DNA from: Salinispira sp.
GTDB taxonomy: Bacteria; Spirochaetota; Spirochaetia; DSM-27196; Salinispiraceae
Length of the DNA stretch: 64,000 nucleotides
Assembly (NCBI GenBank): GCA_965602015.1
Contig: OZ271918.1
Location: 512,001 to 576,000, forward strand
Reading direction: 5' to 3'
Below the pieces are notes generated by a model. The model was given only the letters and a program-made list of their open reading frames with translations. It did no database searches and was not told where the DNA came from. The position numbers were made by a program, and so were the translations under genes. Numbering within the stretch: the first letter of the stretch is position 1; every line of letters begins with the position of its first letter. Of the stretch, positions 19,216-29,854 are shown one piece after another.

Positions 19216-20772
19216 ATGGAAACCCGGCGAATCAGGCTGATCCTCGGAGATCAACTCAACCCCCAACACTCATGGTTCTCCAGTGTCGATGACAAAACCC
19301 TGTACGTCATGGCGGAGCAGCGGTCGGAGACCGATTACGTGACCCACCACGCCCAAAAGCTCATAGCGGTATTTTCCGCCATGAGGGTGTTTGCCGAAGA
19401 ACTGCGAAACAGGGGCCACCGGGTGGAGTACATCGCCATTAATGATGACCATAATTGCCATGACTTCGGGAAAAATCTGGACCGAATCGTCGCCGAATAC
19501 CATCCGGAAGCAATAGAACGGCAGCGCTGCGACGAATATCGCCTTGAGACGGACTTGCAAGCCGCCTTCTCAGACCTGTCGGAAACCCATGGCCTCGATA
19601 CGGCGGCGGTGGACAGCGAGCATTTTATCTGCGCTGACGACGAATTCGACGCCTTGATGCGATCCGACAAACCGCCGATTATGGAAACCTTTTACCGGGC
19701 CATGAGACGCAAGACCGGGGTTTTGATGGACGGAGATGAGCCCCTCGGCGGGCGCTGGAACTTCGACAAGGAGAACCGCTCGCCCAAACGGGACTCCTCC
19801 GAATTGCCTTTACCCCCTTTTGAGTCCCGTGATGAATCGGAGCTTTGGAATCACATTATCGCCTCAGGGGTTGAGCATTTCGGCGAACCAAAGGCCGATA
19901 AGACCATATGGCCCGTAAACCGGGAACAGGCTCTCACGTACCTCAATGACTTTATTCACAATCGCCTGCCACTGTTCGGCAAATATCAGGACGCAATGCT
20001 TGCCGACCAGCCCTGGATGTACCATTCACTTATCAGTTTTTCCCTCAATACAAAAATGCTGTCACCGGAAGAGGTTATTCACCGCAGCATCAGCGTATGG
20101 GGCGATAAGGCGACCGGCGATGCAGTACTCTTGGCCAGCCTCGAGGGCTTTGTGCGGCAGATACTCGGCTGGAGAGAGTACATGAGGCAGGTCTACCGAA
20201 TCGCCATGCCCGATTATGAGCAGATGAACGCTCTGTCCGCCGCCCGGGATCTGCCCGAATGGTACTGGACCGGGAAGACGAAGATGAACTGTCTTTCCCA
20301 AGTAATCGGTCAGAGCCTGAACGATGCCTATGCCCACCACATACAGAGACTCATGATAAGCGGGAATTTCGCCCTAATCGCCGGCGTACATCCGGATCAG
20401 GTCGACCAATGGTATCTGGGCGTATATATAGACGCATTCCAGTGGGTGGAAATTACCAATACCCGGGGAATGAGCCAGTACGCCGACGGCGGACTGGTAG
20501 CCACAAAGCCCTATGCCGCCAGTGCAAGCTATATTCACCGAATGAGCGATTATTGTGGAAACTGTTTCTACAATCACAAGCTGCGGCATGGTGAGAAAGC
20601 CTGCCCGTTTAACTCGCTGTACTGGGATTTCATGCACCGCAATCGGGATGTGCTGTCGGGTAACCACCGCATGGCCATGATGTATCGAAGCTGGGAGCGG
20701 TTTTCATCCGAGGAGCAAAAGGCCATTCTCACTCAGGCGGCGGAATACCTCAATACCATGGATTCCCTCTGA
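19216..20772 (+). CDS. FeS-cluster bacterial cryptochrome/(6-4) photolyase (PhrB/CryB-like)
   Basis: LILGDQL, HHAQK, GGRWNFDKENR, EGFVRQILGWREY, AHHIQRLM, YIDAFQWVE, four Cys (MNCL, YCGNC, ACPF). Confidence 0.9.
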   Translation: METRRIRLILGDQLNPQHSWFSSVDDKTLYVMAEQRSETDYVTHHAQKLIAVFSAMRVFAEELRNRGHRVEYIAINDDHNCHDFGKNLDRIVAEYHPEAIERQRCDEYRLETDLQAAFSDLSETHGLDTAAVDSEHFICADDEFDALMRSDKPPIMETFYRAMRRKTGVLMDGDEPLGGRWNFDKENRSPKRDSSELPLPPFESRDESELWNHIIASGVEHFGEPKADKTIWPVNREQALTYLNDFIHNRLPLFGKYQDAMLADQPWMYHSLISFSLNTKMLSPEEVIHRSISVWGDKATGDAVLLASLEGFVRQILGWREYMRQVYRIAMPDYEQMNALSAARDLPEWYWTGKTKMNCLSQVIGQSLNDAYAHHIQRLMISGNFALIAGVHPDQVDQWYLGVYIDAFQWVEITNTRGMSQYADGGLVATKPYAASASYIHRMSDYCGNCFYNHKLRHGEKACPFNSLYWDFMHRNRDVLSGNHRMAMMYRSWERFSSEEQKAILTQAAEYLNTMDSL

Positions 20773-20813
20773 GCCTGATATACCCGGACACGACGATAGG
20801 GTAGAATGCTCCC

Positions 20814-21392
20814 ATGCTTCCGTCCATGGACAATCTGCGTGAAAGCCTTCAGGAACGCTTCTCTTCAGTGTGGAAACTGCTTTTTGATACCGACCGCTTT
20901 CTCAGCCGAACAGATCTGTTTGATTCCCTGGAGGCGAATCTTCGCAGCTGGCGCCGGCAATTGCAGGAAAAGCAGAACGATGCCGATGAGCTCGGCAGAA
21001 TCCGGGGAGAAATCGTAGCCCTTCGCCGGGATCTCAGAAAGAGAGGCTACAATCTGCGCCTGGGGTCCTACGACCTGGAAATCGCCGGGTTCAGGTCGGA
21101 CGACGCCCTGGGTCTCGGCTTTGCCCGTGCCGTGCTGACCCTGACATCAGGCGGCATGAGAGCCCTCGCCGGGCAGGCGAACCACAATGAATTGCAGGAA
21201 TACATCCTCAATGACATTCACCGCAGAGGTTTGTCATTAAAAGGGCACATCCATTCTCTGTGGTACCGATGGGACAATCGTCTGCTCAGGGTTTCCGGGG
21301 CTGATAGTGAGGGAAAAGAAGAATTTGAAGAACTCAGACGCCTGGCGGAAGACCGGGAGATGGAGATAATAGCCGCTTTTCGGGCGCTATAA
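20814..21392 (+). CDS. Hypothetical protein
   Basis: 192-aa ORF filling the intergenic space, TAGAAT 6 nt before ATG; no recognised domain. Confidence 0.7.
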   Translation: MLPSMDNLRESLQERFSSVWKLLFDTDRFLSRTDLFDSLEANLRSWRRQLQEKQNDADELGRIRGEIVALRRDLRKRGYNLRLGSYDLEIAGFRSDDALGLGFARAVLTLTSGGMRALAGQANHNELQEYILNDIHRRGLSLKGHIHSLWYRWDNRLLRVSGADSEGKEEFEELRRLAEDREMEIIAAFRAL

Positions 21393-21394
21393 CT

Positions 21395-22099
21395 CTAGTA
21401 AATCGGCTTCCAGTAGTGGTCTTCCTGCATGTTCAAGTTGATGGAGAAGGTAAAGCCGATGCTTACTTCGCACATTCCGGGAAACATCTTCGCATCGATA
21501 TCGCCGAGATCCAGACTGACAATGCCGTGGCTGTTCATCCTGCCGGGATTTTCGAGAACCGCTTTTTTTATTGTAGTTGCGTTATTCTCTGCCGACAGGT
21601 AGCCCAAATCATCCGCCGGGCCGTAGACCGCAATGACGCCCCGTCCGGAAAACTCCAGTATTTCTCCGTTCTCCAGCATTTCCGTGTGTGTGAGATCCAC
21701 GATGGGAACGGCCAGGGGCACAATCATGCCCTCGGGCTGGCATGCGAAGTAGTCCGCCAGGTCCGGAGGCACATCATCCACTGACGCGAGAATCAGGGTG
21801 AAAAAGCGTTTGTGGTCTTTAATTGAGAGACTTCCTTCCTGGGGGCGCCGGAACTCGATGCAGGAGCGCCAGTTATTTTCCTTCGAAAGCTTGCGGTAGT
21901 ACATTTCGCTGTGGCCGCTGATCATCAGCGAGTCCCAGTCCATGGCCGGATACTCGAAGCAATACTCGCTGTCACCATGCATATCAAGGGTAAAACCCTT
22001 GACGGCGGTTTTTATCCCGTCAAATTCCAGAAGAAAACATCTGATGCGGTTTTGCAGATTAAGCTGCAGTTCCTGCTCTGTCGTCGCTGTGGTAATCAT
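21395..22099 (-). CDS. Hypothetical protein
   Basis: 234-aa ORF convergent with the previous gene, GGAG upstream of ATG 22099. Confidence 0.6.
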   Translation of the reverse strand: MITTATTEQELQLNLQNRIRCFLLEFDGIKTAVKGFTLDMHGDSEYCFEYPAMDWDSLMISGHSEMYYRKLSKENNWRSCIEFRRPQEGSLSIKDHKRFFTLILASVDDVPPDLADYFACQPEGMIVPLAVPIVDLTHTEMLENGEILEFSGRGVIAVYGPADDLGYLSAENNATTIKKAVLENPGRMNSHGIVSLDLGDIDAKMFPGMCEVSIGFTFSINLNMQEDHYWKPIY

Positions 22100-22209
22100 T
22101 CCGGACTCCAAAAATATTTGCTTTAATAATACACCGACTGCCAGAAACGGAGAAGCCTTCACCGCGGCGAAAAAAATTTTTCAGATGACCGTATGGAGAA
22201 ACAATCGGA

Positions 22210-23487
22210 CTATCGGCTATGCTGAAGCTCTTTTTCTACGGTGGGTTGGCCACCTGCTTCATCGGGCGCGTGATCGTCGGATTCTTCATTCCAGCGCTGA
22301 TAAATATTGAGAATGGTGTCTTTCATCGAAATAAAAATTTCCACCAGCTCGGGGTCGAACTGTTTTCCCGCCTTGTTTCTCATGTATCCAAACGCCGTCT
22401 CGATGTCCCAGGCTTCCTTATAGCTCCTCTTGGATACCAACGCGTCGAACACGTCGGCAATTGCCGCAATCCGGCCCGAGAGGGGAATATCCTTTCCCGA
22501 AAGCCCGGCCCCCTGGTGCAGGTCATCGGAAAACAGGTCTTTGACATTCCCCGGATATCCCCGGCCGTCCCAGCGCTCATGATGTCTCAACGTGACTTCA
22601 AACGCGACCCGGTCCCACACGGATGTCCTGCGATGGAACAGCCGGGCGCCGTATATGGTATGCCACACCATTTTCTGCTTGTCCTCGACGCTGAACGCAT
22701 CGGATTTTGAGAGCACTTCGGGGTCTATTCCCACCTTGCCGATATCGTGGAGGATGGCTGCGAGTCTGAGAGCTTCCTTTCCCCGGTTTCGCTGGGCCAG
22801 GGGGGTTCCCGCCTTGGTGGCGTAGGCGTCGAACAGGGCTGCTGCATAATCGCCGACCCGCTGGGCGTGTTTTTGGGTCTCATGGGGGTCCCGGAGCTGA
22901 GAAACCTCAACCAGGCGCATTATCATCTGCTTGGAAAACTCAACCTTTTCCATGGCCAGGGCGGCGTGCTGGGCAAAAAGCGAAATGGACAAGCGGTCCT
23001 GATTGGAAAAGGGAACAGCTTCGCCGTTTTCGTTCAAGGCATTGATAAGCTGGATTACGCCGATGCATTCGCCGTCGGAGTTTTTTAGCGGTACTGCCAT
23101 AATCGACTTTGTGTGGTAATGGCTCTTTTTGTCGAATTCCGGATTGAATTGATACGAGAGGTTATCCGGCAAGGCGTACACGTCGTCGATGAGAAGTGAC
23201 TGACCCGATAGGGCAACGAACCCCGCAATTGAACTATTGTTCACCGGAATAGAGCGTTGGGTGTAGACGTATTTGTCCTGCTGGTTGCCCTGTTTGAACA
23301 GGGTTTCGTTCTCGATATGAGCGAAATACAGTTGGTTGTCTTTATGATGATACAGGGTGCCTGCATCTGCCCCGATAAAAACCCGGGCTTCATGGAGAAT
23401 ATTTTCAAGCAGGATGTCCATGTCTTTATGGCTGTGAAGCCGTTCGGTAGTCCGCAGCAAAGCTTCGGCGTCGTGTAAATTGGGCAT
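22210..23487 (-). CDS. GAF + HD-GYP cyclic dinucleotide phosphodiesterase
   Basis: GAF (SIAGFVA, FNPEFDK, SIMAVPL, GVIQLIN); HD-GYP (HAQRV, LHDIGK, HHERWDGRGYP, ADVFDAL). Confidence 0.9.
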   Translation of the reverse strand: MPNLHDAEALLRTTERLHSHKDMDILLENILHEARVFIGADAGTLYHHKDNQLYFAHIENETLFKQGNQQDKYVYTQRSIPVNNSSIAGFVALSGQSLLIDDVYALPDNLSYQFNPEFDKKSHYHTKSIMAVPLKNSDGECIGVIQLINALNENGEAVPFSNQDRLSISLFAQHAALAMEKVEFSKQMIMRLVEVSQLRDPHETQKHAQRVGDYAAALFDAYATKAGTPLAQRNRGKEALRLAAILHDIGKVGIDPEVLSKSDAFSVEDKQKMVWHTIYGARLFHRRTSVWDRVAFEVTLRHHERWDGRGYPGNVKDLFSDDLHQGAGLSGKDIPLSGRIAAIADVFDALVSKRSYKEAWDIETAFGYMRNKAGKQFDPELVEIFISMKDTILNIYQRWNEESDDHAPDEAGGQPTVEKELQHSR

Positions 23488-23558
23488 ATAGAGTAGTATA
23501 ACCTGTTTTTGGGATTAAACGCATCCCGGAAATTTATTCCTGATTTTTTTTGTTGTCA

Positions 23559-25619
23559 TTACAACCTGAATCGCTTGATGCTCTCCAGCAGTGTTGCGAT
23601 GCTCCGCTTATTTTTTTCGCTGAGGTCATTTACTTCGTTGACGCTGGCGGTTATTTCTTCCGATCCGGTGGCCATCTCCACCATCCCGCTGGCCACCTCC
23701 TGGGCGATATGCGAGAGCGACTGTGTCCGGTCCTTGATTTCCTTCCCCTTCTCGAGAATGGCGGAAGATTGCCGGTCCACATCCACGGTTATTTCGCTCA
23801 GAGACCCCACATTCTCCTGTACCAATGCACTCCCTCTTGTCTGGGCTTCCATGGCGCTCCGTATTTCATTTTCCTGCTTACCGATGAGTTGTATCTCTTC
23901 GGTCATAATACGAAAGCTTTCCTGAATTCCCTCTATTGATGAAGTGGTGTCGTCTATGGAGATTTTAATCTGAGTGAGGATGTCTCCCACCGACTGCGCT
24001 TGGGCATTTGATGATTCGGCGAGTTTTCGCACCTCATCGGCGACCACCGCAAAGCCCTTGCCGGATTCGCCGGCGTGGGCGGCTTCGATGGCGGCGTTCA
24101 TGGCCAGCAGGTTGGTCTGGCTGGCTATGCCCTGAATTACCGAGCTGATTTCCATCAGGTTTTCCGACTGCTTCGCCACGTCCTGGATATCCTGGGTTAC
24201 CTTCTGCAATTGATCCTGGCCTGATAGCGATGAGCGGACCAGGTCCTGTATGTTCTGAGCATTTTTTTCAAGGGTGGCTCCCACAGTGTTTATGCTTTTC
24301 ATCATCTCATCAATGGCGGCGGTGCTGTCCTGTACCTTTTGGGACTGGGAATGTATTCGGGTGTTCAGAGCCTGTATTCCATCGATTATCTCCTGCGAAC
24401 TGTCGGCAACCCGATGAATCCCGTCATTTTGATTCTGACTTTGGCTCTGGATGCTTCCGATATTTGCATTAATTTCCGTTACCGCCGCCGATGTCTCGTT
24501 CATATTCGCGGCGAGATCAACTCCGACCTGCTCGAGCATTCGGGCTTCATCGAGGATGGTCGATACCAGGCTGCGCAGATTTCCGATGGTCCCGTTGAGA
24601 TTTGCCGCCATTTCGCCGATTTCGTCCCTGGACTTCACGGAAATTTCCCGGGAAAGATCTGTTATGTCCTCAGCGAAGTACTCGCCGAGCTGACTGTTGA
24701 TTCGAGAGATTGGACGGGTGATGGTTGCCGATAGGATCAGGGCGAGAAGCATGGTGATGATGATGGCCGCCACGCTGATAATGGAAAGGAGAACGGATTG
24801 TGCGCGTTGCTGGCTGAGAGAGGGCCCGAGGTCGTAATCAAGCCGTATCATGCCCTGCACACCGCCGGTAACAGGGTCGAGCAGGGGTAAAAAGGTGGAC
24901 TGAAACTGTCCGGCGGTTCTCAGGGCAAAATCTTCGCCTCCTTCCAGAACCGCGAACATCTCAGGTTCCTGCTGGCTGCCTATGACGGCCTGTTCGCTTT
25001 CGAGGGTGCTTTGAATGAGCACATCGCGCTCATAAAGGGCGATTTCACCGACGAGATCCGATAACTCTTCCAGAAGATCGGTGTTGAGGTTGAAACCGAC
25101 CTGAAAGGTGCCTGCTACCCTGTTATTTTGATAAATCGGAACTATGCCCCTGACTGCAAGCCCGCTGCTGCCGAAGACGAATCCGACCACCTGATTGTCC
25201 TGGAGTACCCGGGCAATGGAACTGTTGCCGCTCTTGTCATCGCCGAACCTCCCGGGGATATGACCGCGCAGGAATACCCGGCCGTCGGCATCACCGAATT
25301 CGAAGACCGTAACTCCAACGTTGGCCGAGAGGGTCTGGAAAATCGGCGCAACCGCCGATTCCAGGGCCGCCCGGTCCCCGCTGAAAAATGCTTCTAAAAG
25401 AACTTCATCACGGGAGTACTGGAGTGCGAGATTTAAGGCCGATTCCTCCTGACCGTCGAAGTAGAAGGAAACCACACTCTGATTTCCTTCCCTGATGTAA
25501 GACTGGTAGTAATTAAAGGTCTGCCTGCTGATAAGAAGGGTGCTGATGATGACTGATAGGAGAATAAGCAGGGTGACGAGAATAAAGGCCGATGCGAATT
25601 TGAATCGAATGCTTTTCAT
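23559..25619 (-). CDS. Methyl-accepting chemotaxis protein with Cache-type sensor
   Basis: Two TMs around a periplasmic domain ([16 protein letters not shown]), [34 protein letters not shown]. Confidence 0.92.
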   Translation of the reverse strand: MKSIRFKFASAFILVTLLILLSVIISTLLISRQTFNYYQSYIREGNQSVVSFYFDGQEESALNLALQYSRDEVLLEAFFSGDRAALESAVAPIFQTLSANVGVTVFEFGDADGRVFLRGHIPGRFGDDKSGNSSIARVLQDNQVVGFVFGSSGLAVRGIVPIYQNNRVAGTFQVGFNLNTDLLEELSDLVGEIALYERDVLIQSTLESEQAVIGSQQEPEMFAVLEGGEDFALRTAGQFQSTFLPLLDPVTGGVQGMIRLDYDLGPSLSQQRAQSVLLSIISVAAIIITMLLALILSATITRPISRINSQLGEYFAEDITDLSREISVKSRDEIGEMAANLNGTIGNLRSLVSTILDEARMLEQVGVDLAANMNETSAAVTEINANIGSIQSQSQNQNDGIHRVADSSQEIIDGIQALNTRIHSQSQKVQDSTAAIDEMMKSINTVGATLEKNAQNIQDLVRSSLSGQDQLQKVTQDIQDVAKQSENLMEISSVIQGIASQTNLLAMNAAIEAAHAGESGKGFAVVADEVRKLAESSNAQAQSVGDILTQIKISIDDTTSSIEGIQESFRIMTEEIQLIGKQENEIRSAMEAQTRGSALVQENVGSLSEITVDVDRQSSAILEKGKEIKDRTQSLSHIAQEVASGMVEMATGSEEITASVNEVNDLSEKNKRSIATLLESIKRFRL

Positions 25620-25722
25620 ACTGTCTCCCGAAGAGTGATTATTTATTAGTAAAAGAATAATAAATTACTTGTGAGAAAACATGTACTGCCCCGAAAACAG
25701 CTGATTTCCAGGCAGTATGTAT

Positions 25723-25764
25723 AAAAAACCAGGCTGCCCCGGTACATCTCGGGCAGCCTGGGTT
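25723..25764 (-). terminator. Intrinsic terminator of cstA
   Basis: Minus strand CCAGGCTGCCC-loop-GGGCAGCCTGG-TTTTTT. Confidence 0.8.
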
Positions 25765-25794
25765 GAAAGAGAGCTAAAATTCCGCCTGATATAA

Positions 25795-27237
25795 TCAGCT
25801 GGCGGCTTTTACTTCCTTAATCTGCGCCGCGCTGATGCGGTAGTTTGCGAAGAGGAATCCGGCCATTGCCAGCGCTGCGGCGACAATTCCCACGGGATAG
25901 CCGATTTGAGTGCTCAGCTGAAAACCCTCGGGGGCAATCATGATGTAGGTGGTCACGACCGCGGTCATAAAGGTTGCGGGAATTGATGCAATCCAGTGGA
26001 ATCTTCCCTTTGTTGCCAGATACATCGCGGCAGTCCACAGCACGATGGTAGCCAGGGTCTGATTTGACCATGCGAAATAGCGCCAGATTATTGAGAAGTC
26101 GACAAAGTTCAGGACAAATCCGATTGCGAAAACCGGAATTGCCACGAAAAGCCGGTTTCGGATTTTTTCCTGGTTCACACCCATGAAATCTGCAATGGTC
26201 AGTCGAACTGAACGGAATGCCGTATCGCCGGAGGTGATGGGGCACGCAATAACTCCGAGGATTGCCAGGATTCCGCCGACGGATCCCAACAACCCGAGGG
26301 AGATCTCATTTACCACCAGGCCTGCTCCGCCGGTAGCGATGGTTTCGGAAAGACCGGCGATTCCGCCGTTAAAAAAGGTCATAGCCGCGGCGGCCCAAAT
26401 GAGGGCGACAATGCCTTCCCCGACCATTGCCCCGTAGAATACGTGGCGGCCGTGTTTTTCACTGGGTAGACAGCGGGCCATCAGGGGAGACTGGGTAGAG
26501 TGGAATCCTGATATGGCACCGCAGGCAATGGTGATAAAGAGCATGGGCCACAGGGGTAGTTCCCGGGGATGCAGGTTTGCCAGGGTAATTTCGGGAATGG
26601 GCATGCGGTTAAAAATCAGCGCGCCGGCAACGCCAACAGCCATAATCATCAGAACCGCGCCGAACAGGGGATAAATCTTTCCGATCAGCTTGTCCACCGG
26701 AAGAACCGTCGCGACAAAGTAGTATGCCAGAATGATGCCGAGCCAAACCCAGCGATTGGCGAAAATACCGCCGATGCCCAGGTTCGCCAGCAGTCCCGCC
26801 GGACCGGCCATAAAAACCGTACCGACAAGCACGAGAAGCAGCACGGAGAAACCCCGCATTACCACGCGCATTTTGTCGCCCAGGTAAATGCCCACAACTT
26901 CGGGAATCGATTTGCCGTCGTGCCTAATGGAGAGCATTCCGGAGAAATAGTCGTGCACTCCGCCGGCGAGAAGGGTTCCCAGAACTATCCAGAGAAATGC
27001 CGCCGGGCCGTACAGAGCGCCCATAATCGCCCCGAAGATCGGTCCGAGACCGGCTATATTGAGAAACTGAATGAGAAAGATTTTGTACCAGGGCATTGGT
27101 ACGTAATCGACGCCGTCATTCAGTGCAATTGCCGGGGTTTCCCTGTCCGGCTCGACGCCAAAGACTTTTTCGACGACCAGGCCATAGGTGAAATAACCGA
27201 CTACCAAAACTGCTAAAGAAATCAGAAAACTAATCAT
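25795..27237 (-). CDS. cstA: CstA family transporter (peptide/pyruvate; BtsT-like)
   Basis: DGVDYVP, IAGLGPIFG, FITIACGAISGFHSTQ, PITSGDTAFR, WSNQ; GGAGG SD before ATG 27237. Confidence 0.9.
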   Translation of the reverse strand: MISFLISLAVLVVGYFTYGLVVEKVFGVEPDRETPAIALNDGVDYVPMPWYKIFLIQFLNIAGLGPIFGAIMGALYGPAAFLWIVLGTLLAGGVHDYFSGMLSIRHDGKSIPEVVGIYLGDKMRVVMRGFSVLLLVLVGTVFMAGPAGLLANLGIGGIFANRWVWLGIILAYYFVATVLPVDKLIGKIYPLFGAVLMIMAVGVAGALIFNRMPIPEITLANLHPRELPLWPMLFITIACGAISGFHSTQSPLMARCLPSEKHGRHVFYGAMVGEGIVALIWAAAAMTFFNGGIAGLSETIATGGAGLVVNEISLGLLGSVGGILAILGVIACPITSGDTAFRSVRLTIADFMGVNQEKIRNRLFVAIPVFAIGFVLNFVDFSIIWRYFAWSNQTLATIVLWTAAMYLATKGRFHWIASIPATFMTAVVTTYIMIAPEGFQLSTQIGYPVGIVAAALAMAGFLFANYRISAAQIKEVKAAS

Positions 27238-27268
27238 GCTTTCCTCCATTGTGCGTTTCTGCTGGCGC

Positions 27269-27344
27269 ATTATGTCATCGAAAAAACGCTTTGAGGGGAG
27301 ATGAGCACCAAATGCATAAATAGGTACATGAGCTGCACGAATAG
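27269..27344 (-). promoter_or_regulatory. cstA promoter: extended -10 plus candidate LytTR direct repeat
   Basis: Minus strand TGaCATAAT (-10 at 27269-27274); plus-strand TGCATAAATAG (27313-27323) and TGCACGAATAG (27334-27344), 21 bp apart. Confidence 0.6.
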
Positions 27345-27376
27345 CGGTTTTTTTGCGGGAGGGTGTATTGCTCGGG

Positions 27377-28150
27377 TTAAATTCCCATGAGATTGCGGAA
27401 GGATTGAACCTTGCTTCTGCTCACCGGCACCTTATTCTTTTGTCCGGGGAAGCAGATCTCGTAGCCGTAGCCCGCGGCCAGGTCAATACACTCTATTGCC
27501 GACAGGTTAACGATAAACGAGCGGTGGCAGGCAAAGAAATCCGGTTCCTTGAGAATAGTCTGCACCTTTTGAAAGCTGAAGTTTGTTTGGAATTCGCCGT
27601 TCTCGGTTACGATCCACACGTTTCTGCCACGGGCCTCGGCGAAGAGTATTTTATCCAGGGAAAAGGGTTGCAGGGCGCCGCCGCGGTACACCGAGATAAA
27701 TCGGGACTCAGGTTTTTCCGGGAGCAAATGTTCCCGAAGCAGGCTCTCCATGCCCTTGTACGGATCCAGTGATGCTTTGACTCTTTCGCCGGCCTTGCTG
27801 AGGGCTTCTCGGAGACGGGAATCCCGAATCGGCTTCATAAGATAATCGACGGCGTGCACCTCAAAGGCCTTAACCGCATAGGAATCATATGCGGTGGTGA
27901 AGATTATCTGGCTTGGAATATTTTGACCGCGGCATCTGCCGGCTACCTGAATCCCGTTTAAACCGGGCATCTCAATGTCCAGAAGAATTATCTCAGGCTC
28001 ATCGGAAATAATTAGCTCAAGGGCCTCCATACCGTCCCGAGCCTCCCCGATTACGTAAAAACCCGATTCAGATGAAAGCAGGTGCCGCAATTCTTCCCGG
28101 GCATGGGGTTCGTCATCGGCAATCAGGATGCTAATGGGATTGTCATCCAT
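27377..28150 (-). CDS. LytTR family response regulator (BtsR/YehT-like)
   Basis: ADDE, LLDIEMPG, FTTAY, DYLMKP; LytTR CHRSFIVN, VPVSR. Confidence 0.92.
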   Translation of the reverse strand: MDDNPISILIADDEPHAREELRHLLSSESGFYVIGEARDGMEALELIISDEPEIILLDIEMPGLNGIQVAGRCRGQNIPSQIIFTTAYDSYAVKAFEVHAVDYLMKPIRDSRLREALSKAGERVKASLDPYKGMESLLREHLLPEKPESRFISVYRGGALQPFSLDKILFAEARGRNVWIVTENGEFQTNFSFQKVQTILKEPDFFACHRSFIVNLSAIECIDLAAGYGYEICFPGQKNKVPVSRSKVQSFRNLMGI

Positions 28151-29817
28151 ACTTTGGTTACCTCCCCGGGCGTGCTTTCGATGTTCAATCCGCAATCTTC
28201 TCCGTATGCGTTGCGCAGGCGCTGGTGAACATTGGACAGGCCGACCGAGCCATTGCGCCCCGAAAGGATATCCTTCAATTTATGCTGCTCAATTCCGCAG
28301 CCGTTGTCCTCGACGCTGAGCAGGATTCCCCTGTCGGTTTTTTCGGCTTTGACGGTAATTTTGCCTCCCCGTATGCTCTGCTGAATTCCGTGTTTCACCG
28401 CATTTTCCACCAGGGGCTGCAGGATCAGGGGCGGAACATGGCAGCTGCAGTCCGGATTAGTGGCAAATTCCACTTCCAGCCGGTCCTCGAACCGGGCTCT
28501 TTCGATTTCCAGATAGGCGCTGGTGTGTTCCAGTTCCACGTTGAGCGGGATAAATTCTTCGGGACTCTGCAGGCGGTACCGGTAGTAATCACTCAAATCG
28601 AGGAGCAGGTCCCGGGCTTTTTCGGGCTTGGTTCGAAGCAGCGAGCTGACGGTATTTATGGCGTTAAACAGGAAGTGAGGGTTGATCTGCGACTGCAGGG
28701 CGCGCAGTTCAGCCCGATTTATGAGCCGCGATTGCTCCTCTATCCGGCTTTTCTCAATCTGGAGGGAGAAGAGGGAGGCAAGGCCCAGCGCCAGTTCTTC
28801 ATCTACCCGGGTAATTCCGTACTCTGCGTCCCGATACAGCTTCAGGGCGCCGATTACCCGGTCCTCGCGAGTGAGCGGGACAATTATCGCTGATAAAAGC
28901 GGACAATTATTATCCTCGCAGTCAATCTCTCTCCTGGTGTTGGCTATACGATAGATTCCGTCTTCGAGAACCTGCCGGGTCAATTGGGTCTTGATTGGAG
29001 ATCCCGGGCGGTGATGGTCACCCCCCAGACCGGCGTGAGCGATGCAGCGGTCCGTGTCGGTAAAATTCACCGCTGCCAGATTGAACTGTTCGAGTATAAT
29101 CTTTCCCGCATTTCCAGCGGTTTCGGAGTTATAGCCCCTGCTAAAAAACGGAAGGGTTTGTTCGGTGATGCTGAGAACCAGTTGGGCGTTTACCGCCGCG
29201 ACCCTGTCGTGATCCCGGTAGAGTGATTCTGCAATGGCCACGAACAACGCGATGGCCAGTCCGTTGCCTATTATCATCGGAAGCCCAATGGTTTCCACCA
29301 GGGCAATTGCGTCCGCCAGCGGCCGGGCGGTGGCAATGATGATGATCATCTGGATAATTTCGGCCACCGCTCCCCACAGCCCGGCAAAAAGCCATTTGTT
29401 GCTGCTCTTCTGGAAGCGGTTCGACAGGCCTGCTGCCAGTAGACCGCCGATGATCGTGGAAATCATGCAGGGAAATGCGGTAAATCCGCCGATATCGATG
29501 GCCCAACGATGAACACCGGCGACAATACCCGTCACCACCCCGATTACCGGTCCGCCTATCAGGCCGGCGACGAAGACGCCCACAACCCTGGTGTTAGCAA
29601 GGGCTCCTTGCACGGGGATTCCCGTGTAGGTTCCGATTATGCCGATCGCGCTGAAAAAGGCGATGAGCAATGCGGTTTCTCCCCGGGAGAGGGAAAGTTT
29701 TGCGAAGATGCGGTGGAAGAAGCGGCTCCTGGTCAAAATTAGGCTGAATATGGCTATCATACCGCCCTGGCTGACCAGGTTTCGAAGCAGTATAAGAATG
29801 TCATTCCTGATACTCAT
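28123..29817 (-). CDS. LytS/YehU family sensor histidine kinase (5TM-LYT, GAF)
   Basis: IIGTYTG, ANTR, LQSQINPHFLFNA, LQPLVENAVKHG, DNGCG, VGLSNV. Confidence 0.92.
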   Translation of the reverse strand: MSIRNDILILLRNLVSQGGMIAIFSLILTRSRFFHRIFAKLSLSRGETALLIAFFSAIGIIGTYTGIPVQGALANTRVVGVFVAGLIGGPVIGVVTGIVAGVHRWAIDIGGFTAFPCMISTIIGGLLAAGLSNRFQKSSNKWLFAGLWGAVAEIIQMIIIIATARPLADAIALVETIGLPMIIGNGLAIALFVAIAESLYRDHDRVAAVNAQLVLSITEQTLPFFSRGYNSETAGNAGKIILEQFNLAAVNFTDTDRCIAHAGLGGDHHRPGSPIKTQLTRQVLEDGIYRIANTRREIDCEDNNCPLLSAIIVPLTREDRVIGALKLYRDAEYGITRVDEELALGLASLFSLQIEKSRIEEQSRLINRAELRALQSQINPHFLFNAINTVSSLLRTKPEKARDLLLDLSDYYRYRLQSPEEFIPLNVELEHTSAYLEIERARFEDRLEVEFATNPDCSCHVPPLILQPLVENAVKHGIQQSIRGGKITVKAEKTDRGILLSVEDNGCGIEQHKLKDILSGRNGSVGLSNVHQRLRNAYGEDCGLNIESTPGEVTKVWMTIPLAS

Positions 29818-29854
29818 GCCCAAGTCTATTCCCCCTTACTCCGGCAATCTTGCC

